Shown piece after piece: positions 19,971 to 30,947 of a stretch of DNA of 64,000 bases. The notes below the pieces were generated by a model. The model saw nothing but the letters and a program-made list of their open reading frames with translations. It was not told where the DNA came from and did no database searches. The translations under genes and the position numbers were made by a program. This stretch comes from an uncultured delta proteobacterium (lineage in GTDB: Bacteria; Desulfobacterota; Desulfobacteria; Desulfobacterales; Desulfatirhabdiaceae). How positions within the stretch are numbered: position 1 is the stretch's first letter; each line of letters opens with the position of its first letter. Location: NCBI GenBank assembly GCA_963789395.1, contig CAWBKP010000024.1, positions 352,001 to 416,000 on the forward strand. Reading direction: 5' to 3'.

Positions 19971-20771
19971 TTGGAAGGTAAAATAATCGTCATAACGTCT
20001 GGCAAAGGTGGCGTTGGCAAAACGACTGCAACCGCCTCTATCGGCGCGGCCCTGGCTTTGGAAGGCAAGCAGGTTGCCGTGGTGGATATGGATATCGGAC
20101 TGCGGAACCTGGATGTGGTGATGGGTCTTGAAAATCGCATCGTGTTTAATGTCGTAGATGCGGTCAAAGGAAAATGTAAAATCAAACAGGCGGCCATTAA
20201 GGATCGGCGGATTGAAAACCTGTATCTGATTCCCGCATCCCAAAGTGACAACAAAGATGTCCTGACCCCGGATGCAATGGTTCGCTTCTGCAAGGAGCTT
20301 CGAAAAGAATTTGATTTTGTGCTGCTGGACTGTCCTGCAGGCATTGAAAGGGGTTTTGAAAATTCCGTTGCGCCAGCGGATGAGGCAGTGGTGATCTGCA
20401 CGCCTGAAATTTCTTCCATCCGTGATGCCGACAGGGTAATCGGATTGTTATATGCGCGCTCCATTACGCCGAAACTGATTGTCAACCGTATTGTTCCTGA
20501 AATGGTTGAAAGCGGGGATATGCTCAGTCATGAGGATGTGGTGGAAGTTCTGTCTATCGAACTTCTGGGCTTGGTTCAGATGGACAGCCAGGTTGTCATT
20601 TCGACCAATACGGGAATTCCCCTGGTTATGCAGAAAGAGTCAAACGCCGGCCAGGCATTCCGGCGCATTGCCATGCGACTGAATGGGCAAAAAAATCTTC
20701 CCATAGAAATTCCGCAAACTCCCAAGTCCTTCTGGAAACGGGTCGGCCAGAAAATCGGCATCGGTAAATAA
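19971..20771 (+). CDS. minD: Septum site-determining ATPase MinD
   Basis: TSGKGGVGKTT, DIGLRNLD, DCPAGIE, SSIRDADR, C-terminal amphipathic helix; TTG start after GAGGTG. Confidence 0.95.
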   Translation: MEGKIIVITSGKGGVGKTTATASIGAALALEGKQVAVVDMDIGLRNLDVVMGLENRIVFNVVDAVKGKCKIKQAAIKDRRIENLYLIPASQSDNKDVLTPDAMVRFCKELRKEFDFVLLDCPAGIERGFENSVAPADEAVVICTPEISSIRDADRVIGLLYARSITPKLIVNRIVPEMVESGDMLSHEDVVEVLSIELLGLVQMDSQVVISTNTGIPLVMQKESNAGQAFRRIAMRLNGQKNLPIEIPQTPKSFWKRVGQKIGIGK

Positions 20772-20780
20772 GGTGATTCT

Positions 20781-21050
20781 ATGCTTCATGGATGGTTGAA
20801 AAAGCTGATGCGCAAAGGTGACAGCAAGGATGTTGCCAAAAAGCGGCTTCAGTTTGCACTGATATATGACAAGCTGGAAGTGTCCGACGACATTCTGATA
20901 AACCTGCATCAGGATATCGTGGATGTCATTTCCCGATATTTTGAAATCGACAAGGAAACCCTTAAACTGGATATTCGAAAATCAGAAGGTAAATCCGCCC
21001 TGGTTGTCAATACGCCGATATTGTCCGCCAAACGGCCGCATCCGGCCTGA
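20781..21050 (+). CDS. minE: Cell division topological specificity factor MinE
   Basis: SKDVAKKRLQFAL..D, DIVDVISRY, LVVNTPI. Confidence 0.93.
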   Translation: MLHGWLKKLMRKGDSKDVAKKRLQFALIYDKLEVSDDILINLHQDIVDVISRYFEIDKETLKLDIRKSEGKSALVVNTPILSAKRPHPA

Positions 21051-21181
21051 CAGGGAAAACGAAGAATCCCGCTCTGCGATTGCCTTGTTCTTCTGATCAA
21101 GGCAACGATTCACCCTGTCCGGTTGATCTGGGGTCAGCGGATCTGGAACGCCTATCACAGGCGAGACTTATTGTGATTGCA

Positions 21182-22384
21182 TCAACTTTTTCTGTGACGA
21201 TCAATTTCTTCCGGGCTGATAAAATAGGCGACATCCTGAATGGTATTTTTCCCCATCAGAAATTTCATGTATTCCACTTCCAGCACCGACTGCAACTGAT
21301 ACTGACTGAGCTGGCGCAAATATGCACCATCTTTTATCGTTTCAGCAATCAGCTTTCCGCCTGAATCAGAATCCGCTTTATATTTTTGTGACAAGTGGGC
21401 GATGTAATTCCCGACTTTATCTCGAAGCTCGTCCGCCGAAAATGTTTTGATGATGGAAAATATCTCCGCCATCTTGTCCGGCTCCGGAAGAGACGGATAT
21501 TCCAGAATTTCTTTTACATTGTTCGTATACCGTTGAATGCCTTTATAGATGTGCTGGTTCTGAACCATGTTCATATCCGCCCATCCCGCGCGCAGCCATT
21601 TGAATATCCCGCAGTGCACCATAGGGCCTGCGGTTTCCTCCTGGATGAATATCGATATGGCATAGGAATCGTACATATATGAATTCACCCATCCCATTCC
21701 CGGTTTGTTCAGACCGTTCTGACCTGAATAGAAATAATCCCAGTTGCCGTCTTTTCCCAAAACCACCCCTTTTTTGCCGATATCCGAAACATTTTTCTGC
21801 TTGGATATGGAAATAAGGACAGGGCGCCCTTGATATTTCATCAATACCAGGGTGCGATTCAGGTCATAGCCATAATAAGCGCCGGTATTCAGATCGGGGG
21901 TTATTTCTTCATGCTCAACTCCGGAGACCATGACCGGTTGATCCAGTCGAGCCAGCATCGCGGATAAATTGGGGGGGGGCTGCTTTTTCCCGTTGACCTC
22001 TGTCCAGTAAGCCAGACGAATCGAAGACGGCGAGAGAATGAACGGCGGAATATTGGGGTTAAATCCGATATCCAGAATATGTTTGAGATCCTCGTGAATA
22101 TCGAATTCATAATAGGCGGATGAAATATTCGTTCGGTTTCCAGGGTAATATAATGCGCGGGTGTCTTTAGACATCCGGACAAATTCAATCACGTTTTCAA
22201 TCTTTGCCGAATCAACGGTCTGGGAATGACCGGGTTCAGCCAGAGATAAGAGATAATTCAACCCGGGATTAACGGTTTCCGGAATCTGAACTTCCTTTTC
22301 GTTCTTGTCCGCGGCTGTTGCGTTCGAGATAAGCGCACTGAATAACAGAAGCAATACATATCGGAGCAATGGTCGAGTTGCCAT
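21182..22384 (-). CDS. Hypothetical exported protein
   Basis: 400-aa ORF with a Sec-type signal peptide; no family recognised. Confidence 0.75.
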   Translation of the reverse strand: MATRPLLRYVLLLLFSALISNATAADKNEKEVQIPETVNPGLNYLLSLAEPGHSQTVDSAKIENVIEFVRMSKDTRALYYPGNRTNISSAYYEFDIHEDLKHILDIGFNPNIPPFILSPSSIRLAYWTEVNGKKQPPPNLSAMLARLDQPVMVSGVEHEEITPDLNTGAYYGYDLNRTLVLMKYQGRPVLISISKQKNVSDIGKKGVVLGKDGNWDYFYSGQNGLNKPGMGWVNSYMYDSYAISIFIQEETAGPMVHCGIFKWLRAGWADMNMVQNQHIYKGIQRYTNNVKEILEYPSLPEPDKMAEIFSIIKTFSADELRDKVGNYIAHLSQKYKADSDSGGKLIAETIKDGAYLRQLSQYQLQSVLEVEYMKFLMGKNTIQDVAYFISPEEIDRHRKS

Positions 22385-22432
22385 GGTGAAATCCTGTATG
22401 TTGAGATTAAGCTGAATAAAATATATGAAGAA

Positions 22433-25084
22433 TCAGACGATCGCTTCCAGAACATCCTGGATTCGGGGTATTTCAGTTTCCGAAAAACAATACTGCATTT
22501 CCTGAAATTGCCTGCGAAATGCGGTGACCTGAGACGTGACCGGTTTGTTTTGAACAATTACTTCCTGCATGAGTTCCGCAAGCGTTTGAAAATCCCCTTC
22601 CTTCATGCCGAACCGCGTCATTTCGGCAACCCCCATCCGCAGTGCGCCAGATGCCGTGAAGCCTTCTTCGTCCGGGGTTGCCTGATAATTGACGATAATA
22701 TGGTTATCTTCCAATCGCCGGGCGATTTCCGGACCCTTGGCATAGCCGACCGAGAGAATTACCTGATGGGTTTCAGTAAAGGAGATTGCCGGATCCCCCG
22801 CCACATTCAGACCGCAGTCATTAAGCGCTGCTGCGAATGCCTTGGCATTGTCAATCACCTGTTTCTGATACGCGGTTTTAAATGCATTCATTTCATAAGA
22901 TGCCATCAACAGGCCCAGCAGCGTTCCCAGATGGTGATTGCTGACAGATCCTGGAAACGCCCTGCGCTCGACAGCTTCCCATAGCGGATATCGTACACAG
23001 TCCCGGCTGAAATCCGATGCAATAACCCCTCTCTGGGTGCCGAAAAAGGTTTTATGGGTTGAGCCCGTGACAATGTCAGCACCTTCCCGGAAAGGATCCT
23101 GGTAAAACGGACCGCAAAGACCCAGTACATGCGCCATATCATATAATAACACACAATCCAGATTATGTGAATCCACAAAAGAGCGGATATCTGCAATCGG
23201 TTCCCGGTGAAGAATCATGCTTTTGCCGAAAATGATCAATTCAGGCTGATACTCGGCGATCAGTTGACAGGCTGCAGCCACATCGATCTGATACGGATTT
23301 TCTTCAAGAACCGGAAAATTGATCACCGATGGTTTTTCGGTCTGGGGATCCCGTGCGACATAGTCTCTTAATGCACCCATGGGCTGGGCGCTCAAATGCC
23401 CGCCCTTGATGATATGGTGATTCAGCACGCGGCGAATCCGGCGCTGTTCGCTTTTTCGGTCGGATCGATTGAGATAATCGCACATGGCACTGAATACGCC
23501 CGTATTGGCCATCTGGCCGGAGATCAGCCGGGTTTCCACCAGGCTGCAGCCAAAATAGGCGCAGAGCTCTTTTTGAAGCAGGTGCTCGACCTTTTCAATG
23601 AAGTCCACGCCCTGATAATAAAAAACATCCGCCTCGCTGAATGCCTTCATTTTTTTGTGTTCAGCATATCTTCCGGAAGGGTCCAGAACGGAAAGCAATC
23701 GAACCAGTTTTGACGGGGTTTGTTCGGAAGGAATGAGGTTGATGCATTCCTGCTGCCTCCAGAGACTGTTCCGGGCGGCATCATCAATGAGTGCATTCAC
23801 CTTCCGGAGAACATCATGCGTGGACGCCCCCTCGCTTTCCGTCTGATAAAGCCGATCAAACAAAATGGGCCGTGCAAAAGGAGGTGCTTCGCTTCTCAGA
23901 TGATAGGGAACGATTACGGCAGGAGTCAATTTCCCGCGGATATCCACATGCAGCACATCCCCTTCACAAAGATCACTGTCAAGAAGGGCAAGCCCGATCG
24001 ATCGCATGCCTTTTTCGGCAGTCAGCCGGGACAGCATGCCCAGACCTGCCACTTTCTGGTAGGGAACCATCGTGCCGCTGGTGACATATCCCACGGATTT
24101 TTCACCGTGATACACCTGACATCCGGAACGGATCACCCCTTTATCGGTCAGGGCCAGCGGGAATATCATGCGGGGAAGATCCAGGATGCGGGAAAAATTT
24201 CGATCCATGTTGCATTGCAGCGCTTGAAACTGTCGAAACAAGGCCGACCTTCCAATGTAGTCGCCTTTTAAACCGGAAAAACTGACAGCTATCCGGCTAA
24301 GCGGCAGGGAGAAAACGGGTATTTCATTTCCATTTTCATCAGCACCCAGTTCATGACCATAGAGGGGAAGTCCGGCTTCAAGTCGAAGCGTGTCTCTGGC
24401 GCCAAGCCCTGCAGGGCAGGCGCCGGCGTCAATGAGATGGTTCCAGAGTGCCGGGGCATCATGGCCGGGTACAAAGAGCTCAAATCCCAATGGTTCTCCG
24501 GTATAGCCGGTTCTGCTGATCCAGGTCGGAATGCCCTTCAGGGTTGCGGTGCTCAACTGGTTTTTCAAGGGCTCCGGGAAATGGCCGGAATCCATGACCG
24601 CGTCAAGAATATCTCTGGATCGGGGTCCCTGAAGGCTTAACATTCCGGTGCTCTCCGTATTGTCGGTCAAGTGGACATCCGGAAAAAGCGGCAGGAAGGA
24701 CTGGAAATGCGCCAGGTCTTTTTCCCGGTTGGAAGCATTAACGACCAGAAGATACGCATCCGGAACGAATCGGTAAAGATAGGCATCATCAATCGCCCCG
24801 CCCTGTTCTTTGGGAATGAGCGTATACTGACTTTCGCCGACTTCCAGGCCGGCGGCATTGTTGGAAAGGACATGCTGAAGAAATGCAAGCGCGGAAGGAC
24901 CGCTGATATGGATGCGACCCATGTGCGAGACATCGAAAATGCCGGCATGATTTCGGGTGCTTAAATGCTCCTGAACAATTCCCGTCCGATACTGAACCGG
25001 CATATTCCATCCGCCGAATGCCACCATCTGTGCGCCAAGCTTCACATGCTGATCATGGATAACGGTATTGAGAAGGTGTTCCAT
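22433..25084 (-). CDS. gcvT: Fused glycine cleavage T protein (aminomethyltransferase) + serine hydroxymethyltransferase
   Basis: N-terminal GIFDVSHMG, SRTGYTGE, GLGARDTLRLEAG; C-terminal INLIPSE, GGHLS, YDMAHVLG, GSTHKTFFG (PLP lysine), FPGSVSNHH, in one uninterrupted frame. Confidence 0.92.
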   Translation of the reverse strand: MEHLLNTVIHDQHVKLGAQMVAFGGWNMPVQYRTGIVQEHLSTRNHAGIFDVSHMGRIHISGPSALAFLQHVLSNNAAGLEVGESQYTLIPKEQGGAIDDAYLYRFVPDAYLLVVNASNREKDLAHFQSFLPLFPDVHLTDNTESTGMLSLQGPRSRDILDAVMDSGHFPEPLKNQLSTATLKGIPTWISRTGYTGEPLGFELFVPGHDAPALWNHLIDAGACPAGLGARDTLRLEAGLPLYGHELGADENGNEIPVFSLPLSRIAVSFSGLKGDYIGRSALFRQFQALQCNMDRNFSRILDLPRMIFPLALTDKGVIRSGCQVYHGEKSVGYVTSGTMVPYQKVAGLGMLSRLTAEKGMRSIGLALLDSDLCEGDVLHVDIRGKLTPAVIVPYHLRSEAPPFARPILFDRLYQTESEGASTHDVLRKVNALIDDAARNSLWRQQECINLIPSEQTPSKLVRLLSVLDPSGRYAEHKKMKAFSEADVFYYQGVDFIEKVEHLLQKELCAYFGCSLVETRLISGQMANTGVFSAMCDYLNRSDRKSEQRRIRRVLNHHIIKGGHLSAQPMGALRDYVARDPQTEKPSVINFPVLEENPYQIDVAAACQLIAEYQPELIIFGKSMILHREPIADIRSFVDSHNLDCVLLYDMAHVLGLCGPFYQDPFREGADIVTGSTHKTFFGTQRGVIASDFSRDCVRYPLWEAVERRAFPGSVSNHHLGTLLGLLMASYEMNAFKTAYQKQVIDNAKAFAAALNDCGLNVAGDPAISFTETHQVILSVGYAKGPEIARRLEDNHIIVNYQATPDEEGFTASGALRMGVAEMTRFGMKEGDFQTLAELMQEVIVQNKPVTSQVTAFRRQFQEMQYCFSETEIPRIQDVLEAIV

Positions 25085-25299
25085 AAAAACCCCCTTGAAT
25101 AAAATTGATATGCCGGATATTCCGATCTCCGGAAAAAAGGGACGGGTGTCGCGAATGCGAATCCAAAGTTATTGGCACCATTTGCCGGCCGCATCCGTCA
25201 CATCTTTTCAAGATAATAAAAAATGCCGGCAGAGGTGTCAAACTGATTTTCCAAGAGGGAGAACTGAAACGGATGAGGAAAAAAGCTGAAGAACAGGGA

Positions 25300-25331
25300 A
25301 AGGGGTTGTTGACGGATGTCGACAGCCCCTT
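25300..25331 (-). terminator. Possible terminator hairpin downstream of htpG
   Basis: AAGGGGTTGTTGAC-ggat-GTCGACAGCCCCTT imperfect inverted repeat about 12 bp past the stop codon. Confidence 0.4.
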
Positions 25332-25342
25332 AGCTGACTGGA

Positions 25343-27274
25343 TCAAATGTTTAATGCGCCGGACATCAGATCACCGACCATTTTGGTAAACCGCGACGGA
25401 TTATCCAGCTTGCCCCCTTCACTGATGACGGCCAGATCATAGAGAAGATCGCTGTAGTCTTTCAGAACCGGATCACTGCGTTCCTTGTCATAAATGCCCT
25501 TGATTTTGACCACAAGGGGATGATCCATGTTCAATTCCAGAACCCGTTTGACTTCCGGAGCTTTCTGGCCCGTGGCTTTGAGTATCTTTTCCATGTAAGC
25601 GCTCATGTCATAGGCACTTCCGGACAGGCAGGAGGCCGAGTCCTTCAACCGGGTGGACGGGATCACCTCTTTGACTTTATCGTCCAGGCTGGATTTGATG
25701 AAGCTGAAAAGGGCATTGAACTCCTCTTTTTTGCCATCATCCACTTTCTGGATATCCAGATCCCCTTTTTCAGCGCTCTTGAAGGGCTTTCCTTCAAATT
25801 CAGTCAGCGACTGGACCACCCACTCATCAATGGGATCGGCCATCAGGATGACTTCAAAATCCTTTTCCTTCAGTTGTTCCAGATGGGGACTGTTGAGAAG
25901 GGATGTGAGATTTTCGCCGGTGATATAATAAATGTCTTTTTGCTCGGCTTTCATGTTGGCGATATATTCCGAAAGAGAGATTTTCTTTCCATCGGACTTG
26001 GTGGTCTGGTACCGGGCAAGCCTTGCGATTTTGTCCCGGTTTTCAGAATCCATATGAATTCCGATTTTTAAAATGGACCCAAACTCATTATAGAATTTGT
26101 CGTAAACTTCCTTTTCCATGTTGCCGAGAAGGTCGATTAGCTTTTTGACCAGATTTTTACGTATGTTTCTGACCAGTTTGTCCTGTTGCAGGATTTCCCG
26201 GCTGACGTTGAGATTGAGATCAGGTGCATCCACAACCCCTTTGACAAAGCGGAAATATTCGGGCATCAGATCTTCGCAGTCATCCATGATGAACACCCGT
26301 TTGCAGTAGAGATTGATGCCGTGTTTATGCTCCGGATTGAACAGATCAAACGGAACCTGGGATGGGATATACAGCAGGGCATGGTATTCGGTGGTGCCTT
26401 CGAACTTCATGTGGAGCTGAGTCAGGGGCGGATTCCAGTCGTGGCTGATATGTTTGTAGAATTCTTCATATTCTTCCGGAGTAACATCTTTTTTATCCTT
26501 GATCCAGATAGCCTTCATGGAATTGAGGGTTTCTTCCCGAATGACTTTCCGGGTGGTTTTGCCGACAGGTTTGCCTTCCTTGTCCAGGAGCTGTTCGGCC
26601 TCCGGAATGGGCTCATCCTTTTCAACATCCATCACGATGGGATAACTGACAAAATCAGAGTGCTGCTTGACAATGCGCCGCAGGGTCCATTCATCCGTGA
26701 AATCCGACTCGTCTTTTTCTTTTTTCTTTAAATGAAGGGTGATCCGGGTTCCCCGGGACCGCTTGGTGGACTCTTCGATGGTATAGCTGCCATCCCCGCT
26801 GGATTCCCAGAGGGTTGCCTTGTCTTCACCGGCAGCCCGGGTCAGCAGGCTGACCTTGTCGGCGACGATAAAGGAGCTGTAAAAGCCGACCCCGAACTGG
26901 CCGATCAGCTCAGGGGTCAGCGTGCTCTGCTGCTGGGTTTCAGAAATCGCTTCCAGAAATGCCGCCGTGCCGCTTTTGGCAATGGTGCCGATGTTTTCCA
27001 TCACCTCGTTATAGGTCATGCCGATGCCGTTATCGCTGATTTCGATCGTCTGCTTGATGCCGTCCGGGATTATTTTGATTTTATATTCCGTGTCATCCCC
27101 CAGAATATCTGGCTCTGTCTGGGCCTTGAAGCGCAGTTTGTCAATGGCGTCGGAAGCATTGGATATCAGTTCTCTGAGGAAGATGTCTTTGCTGGAATAC
27201 AGCGAGTTGATGATCAGGTTTAAGAGCTGCTGAACTTCGGTTTTAAATTGCAGGGTTTCTTTTTTCGAGGACAT
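25343..27274 (-). CDS. htpG: Molecular chaperone HtpG (Hsp90)
   Basis: [36 protein letters not shown]. Confidence 0.97.
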   Translation of the reverse strand: MSSKKETLQFKTEVQQLLNLIINSLYSSKDIFLRELISNASDAIDKLRFKAQTEPDILGDDTEYKIKIIPDGIKQTIEISDNGIGMTYNEVMENIGTIAKSGTAAFLEAISETQQQSTLTPELIGQFGVGFYSSFIVADKVSLLTRAAGEDKATLWESSGDGSYTIEESTKRSRGTRITLHLKKKEKDESDFTDEWTLRRIVKQHSDFVSYPIVMDVEKDEPIPEAEQLLDKEGKPVGKTTRKVIREETLNSMKAIWIKDKKDVTPEEYEEFYKHISHDWNPPLTQLHMKFEGTTEYHALLYIPSQVPFDLFNPEHKHGINLYCKRVFIMDDCEDLMPEYFRFVKGVVDAPDLNLNVSREILQQDKLVRNIRKNLVKKLIDLLGNMEKEVYDKFYNEFGSILKIGIHMDSENRDKIARLARYQTTKSDGKKISLSEYIANMKAEQKDIYYITGENLTSLLNSPHLEQLKEKDFEVILMADPIDEWVVQSLTEFEGKPFKSAEKGDLDIQKVDDGKKEEFNALFSFIKSSLDDKVKEVIPSTRLKDSASCLSGSAYDMSAYMEKILKATGQKAPEVKRVLELNMDHPLVVKIKGIYDKERSDPVLKDYSDLLYDLAVISEGGKLDNPSRFTKMVGDLMSGALNI

Positions 27275-27455
27275 GTTATCTCCTGTTTGAAAAAGGGGTT
27301 AAACTGTGATAAAAAATTCAAATAATTTTTTCAATATTATGGGTTGATTTTTTCAATTGTCAACCCTGTACCCTTCAGGATATTGTAAAGGGTGATGTCA
27401 TCTTTTATAACCATAATAGCGATGCTGCTTACTGTATGAACAGGAGGAATAAAGG

Positions 27456-28142
27456 ATGAAGATTCGAAACGTGCTGCTGCTGGTGCTTGTAGTGGTGACT
27501 GCCACATCCGGAATTTCTGAAGCCGATCAGAAACAGATTCGAGAGGTGGAAGATGCAGTTGAAATCATTAAGGAATTTTCATTAATTCCAGAAAATCGAA
27601 TTCCGCCTTCCCTGCTGAGTAATGCGCAAGCCATCGCCATTATTCCCGGTGTCATCAAGATCGGCTTTATCATTGGCGGAAACTACGGCACTGGGGTGAT
27701 ATCGGTCAGAGACAATTCCGGTAACTGGACAAACCCTGTCTTTATCACCTTGGCAGGAGGCAGTATCGGCTTTCAAATTGGCGTTCAATCCACTGATATT
27801 ATACTGGTATTTAAGTCCATCCGGAATGTGTATGACATCACTGCCGGCAATTTCACCCTGGGCGCGGATGCATCGGTTGCGGTCGGACCGGTGGGTCGGC
27901 AGGCTACCGCGAGTACGGATGTCGCGTTTGATGCTGAAATATACTCCTACTCAGATACCCGAGGCCTTTTTGCCGGCGTATCTGTTCAGGGCTCAGCGAT
28001 TAAGATCGATTATGACGACATTGCCGGCTTCTATGGCAACACGCAGATTGGCGCCAAAGATATTTTTGAAACCCCGGACTTGAGCGCACCTCCTGAGGCG
28101 GCCAATTTCAGGCAGGTACTGACTGAACACACCGGGCGGTAA
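27456..28142 (+). CDS. SYLF/Ysc84 lipid-binding domain exported protein
   Basis: Signal peptide, GGSIGFQIGVQSTD, LGADASVAVGPVGR, IYSYS..RGLFAGVS. Confidence 0.88.
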   Translation: MKIRNVLLLVLVVVTATSGISEADQKQIREVEDAVEIIKEFSLIPENRIPPSLLSNAQAIAIIPGVIKIGFIIGGNYGTGVISVRDNSGNWTNPVFITLAGGSIGFQIGVQSTDIILVFKSIRNVYDITAGNFTLGADASVAVGPVGRQATASTDVAFDAEIYSYSDTRGLFAGVSVQGSAIKIDYDDIAGFYGNTQIGAKDIFETPDLSAPPEAANFRQVLTEHTGR

Positions 28143-28170
28143 CCCGACAGTCAGATGGTGAAATGGGGGG

Positions 28171-28374
28171 ATGGGAGTGGCCACGGTAATTTCTCTGCTG
28201 AAAATGGTTGCTGTACTCATTGCAGCTTCATTTCTGGGCAACTGGTTTTTAACAGAAATAAAAAAAGCGCGTGTTCTTAAAAAACCCTGGTATGCGCCGT
28301 ATCTGACGACTCCGGGACTGCTGATCATTATTGCCTTGTTCATTCCGGTTGTGGTATGGATAATCCAGCATTAG
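28171..28374 (+). CDS. Small membrane protein
   Basis: 67-aa ORF with two hydrophobic segments, in a co-oriented gene run. Confidence 0.6.
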   Translation: MGVATVISLLKMVAVLIAASFLGNWFLTEIKKARVLKKPWYAPYLTTPGLLIIIALFIPVVVWIIQH

Positions 28375-28396
28375 TGGCATCGCTATTTGCAATATT

Positions 28397-28990
28397 TTGG
28401 AGACAATTATGACATTTTCTTTTCAGCAGCCGGTATCTGTAACGGAAATCGGCGAATCTCTGGCAAATTTTTCACTGGATCGGGAAAGTGTTCTGTTCGC
28501 TTTGAGCCGACTGCCGGATGAACCTTCCATCAACAAGGTTGCCATTGAATATGAGATTCAGCTTCTTAAAATCCTCAGTGTCGGATGGGCCATTTCCTAT
28601 TTCATGGAAGATCATTCGGAAAAGACCCCGCTGATAAAAAAATTCTGGGACGTCCTGTTTGAATTTTCGAAAAATCTTTCTTCCGTCACGTCGCTGACAA
28701 TCGGCAAGGAAGTGGATTATTTCCGGACGTTGAAAGAACGCATTGATATCTACCTGCAGGCTCTGGCCGAAGTTCCGCAGGTCAAGGATCCGACTTCGGT
28801 GATCGGGCCCACGTTTGCCCGGCTTTGCGGAAATTCGGACGATATTCATGTGATTATGGCCGGGAATCGTATTTTTCATCTGTCCCTTGAAGGTGTGAAA
28901 CATTTTCTGGAGTCCGTCTTTTCGGATACTACCGAGTTGTCAACGCAGAACGCGTACCCGGACAAGCTATATAGCGCCATGGAGTGCTGA
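28397..28990 (+). CDS. Hypothetical protein
   Basis: 197-aa ORF filling the co-oriented run. Confidence 0.65.
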   Translation: METIMTFSFQQPVSVTEIGESLANFSLDRESVLFALSRLPDEPSINKVAIEYEIQLLKILSVGWAISYFMEDHSEKTPLIKKFWDVLFEFSKNLSSVTSLTIGKEVDYFRTLKERIDIYLQALAEVPQVKDPTSVIGPTFARLCGNSDDIHVIMAGNRIFHLSLEGVKHFLESVFSDTTELSTQNAYPDKLYSAMEC

Positions 28991-28996
28991 GGTATT

Positions 28997-29689
28997 TTGT
29001 CAGGGTCCCATTCTTTTAACCCCTTCATGTTCTCTCATCCTAAAACCTGTTTTGGCCTGTTACGTCACTCGGTAACGGTTTGGAACCGGAGCCGGCGGAT
29101 ACAGGGTCATGCTGACAGTCCCCTGACTGCGGCTGGCGAGACCCTGGCCCTGCAATGGGGTCAGCTTCTTTCAGAAACCGCCTGGAGTCGGATACTTTCC
29201 AGCGATCTTGGCAGGGCCCGGAAAACCACCGAACTGGTCAACCGGACGCTGAATCTGCCGGTTACGCTGGATTCCAGACTTCGGGAGAGAGACTGGGGAA
29301 AATGGACCGGAAAAACAATACCCCAGCTTAAACGGGAGTTTTCCGACTTATGGGCGCAACAAATCCCATCTCAATGGGATTATTGTCCGCCAGACGGCGA
29401 ATCTTTCCAAAACGTGTGGAAAAGAGGCCGGGAGGCTCTTGAATCCGCATCCGGCCGCTGGCCTGGAAAAAACATTCTGGTTGTCACCCACGAAGGCATG
29501 ATCAAAAGCCTGATATATCATGAAAGCACCTCGTCTGATTTTTTTACGGCCGGTCAACGTCTCATACCGTTTCACCTGCACTGTTTAATTTTTTCAGGCG
29601 GGAGGCTGGCCATAGATCGCCTGAATTTTTTGAATTTGTCTCCGGCAAATGCTCCGCCGGTTCAGCCGTGTACTTTCTCAACCATCTAA
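28997..29689 (+). CDS. Histidine phosphatase (phosphoglycerate mutase-like)
   Basis: LRHSVTVWN, QGHADSPL, SSDLGRA, RERDWGKW, VTHEG. Confidence 0.88.
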   Translation: MSGSHSFNPFMFSHPKTCFGLLRHSVTVWNRSRRIQGHADSPLTAAGETLALQWGQLLSETAWSRILSSDLGRARKTTELVNRTLNLPVTLDSRLRERDWGKWTGKTIPQLKREFSDLWAQQIPSQWDYCPPDGESFQNVWKRGREALESASGRWPGKNILVVTHEGMIKSLIYHESTSSDFFTAGQRLIPFHLHCLIFSGGRLAIDRLNFLNLSPANAPPVQPCTFSTI

Positions 29690-29777
29690 GAGCCGGTACG
29701 TCGGTGGTGATGGATCGAATACGTGCCGTTATGCCTGCATGCTTGTTCCATGGTTGCGCTCCAGCCTGATTATTGAT

Positions 29778-30947
29778 ATGAAAATTATTTATTACTGTCA
29801 GCATGTCCTGGGAATGGGGCATTATTTCCGCAGTCTTGAGATATGCAAGGCATTTAGAGATCATGAAGTCATTCTGGTGTCCGGAGGGGTGTCTTTTAAC
29901 ATGCCTGTACCGGAATATATTCGAGAAGTTCAGCTCCTGCCGCTTGGGATGGACCCGGATTTTCGTGGACTGGAATCGGATTCAGACATCGGAACACTCG
30001 AACAAATCAAAGCCGTCCGGCAGCAGACGATGTATGATTTGTTCTTAAATGAATGTCCGGATCTATTCATGGTTGAACTCTTTCCGTTCGGGAGAAAGGC
30101 GTTTGGGTTTGAGCTGATTCCGATTTTTGACGGGATCAGACAAGGCAGGCTTTGCCCGAGCCGGGTAATATGCAGTCTTCGGGATGTTCTGGTTGAAAAA
30201 AAGGATACCCTATCGTACGAATCACGGGTGATCGCTGCCTTAAACAAGTGGTTTGATGCGCTCCTGATTCATTCAGATGCCGCGATCATCAAACTGGATG
30301 ATACCTTTTCCCGGATGACGGATATCCGGATTCCTGTTGTCTATACCGGTTTTGTAACCCCCCGGCCTCGTAAAGGAGATCGGTCGGCTATACGCTGCAA
30401 ACTGGGCATCGGCGACAACAGCCGTTTAATTGTTGCCAGCGCCGGAGGCGGGAAGGTAGGGTTTGCGCTTCTGGATGCCGTGATCAGAGCCTTTAAGAGG
30501 ATAGGGCATGAATCAGATATCTTTTTGCAGGTATTTACCGGCCCGTTCATGGAAAGTAATGCAGTTCGCAGTCTTCAGGAAATGGGCACGGATCGGATTT
30601 CGGTGTCCCGCTTTACATCTGATTTCCCTGCCTGGCTTTCAGCGGCGGATCTTTCCGTCAGCATGGCCGGTTACAATACCTGCATGAACATTCTGGCAGC
30701 CAGGGTTCCTTCCCTGGTCTGGCCGTTTTCGCAAAACCGCGAGCAGCGGCTTCGGGCCGAGCGCATTTCGGAAATGGGCGGAATGCGGATACTTGAAGAT
30801 GCCGACCTTGAGTCGGGACAACTGGCCGGGCTCATGCTCCGGATCCTTACCGAACGGGTCCGGCCCGGGGATTCGGTTGATCTGGAAGGGGCTGAACATA
30901 CGGCGAACTGGACTATTTCCTGGATGTCAACGCAAAGGAACAACTGA
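29778..30947 (+). CDS. Predicted GT-B glycosyltransferase (COG4671-like)
   Basis: YCQHVLGMGHYFR, ELFPFGR, SAGGGKVG, SMAGYNT, EQRLRA. Confidence 0.85.
   Translation: MKIIYYCQHVLGMGHYFRSLEICKAFRDHEVILVSGGVSFNMPVPEYIREVQLLPLGMDPDFRGLESDSDIGTLEQIKAVRQQTMYDLFLNECPDLFMVELFPFGRKAFGFELIPIFDGIRQGRLCPSRVICSLRDVLVEKKDTLSYESRVIAALNKWFDALLIHSDAAIIKLDDTFSRMTDIRIPVVYTGFVTPRPRKGDRSAIRCKLGIGDNSRLIVASAGGGKVGFALLDAVIRAFKRIGHESDIFLQVFTGPFMESNAVRSLQEMGTDRISVSRFTSDFPAWLSAADLSVSMAGYNTCMNILAARVPSLVWPFSQNREQRLRAERISEMGGMRILEDADLESGQLAGLMLRILTERVRPGDSVDLEGAEHTANWTISWMSTQRNN

Noticed and set aside
25085..25340. Glycine riboswitch upstream of gcvT
   Set aside because: The conserved GGAGA/CCGAAG/CUCUCAGG elements were not found on the minus strand
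27275..27455. CIRCE element upstream of htpG
   Set aside because: No TTAGCACTC-N9-GAGTGCTAA match
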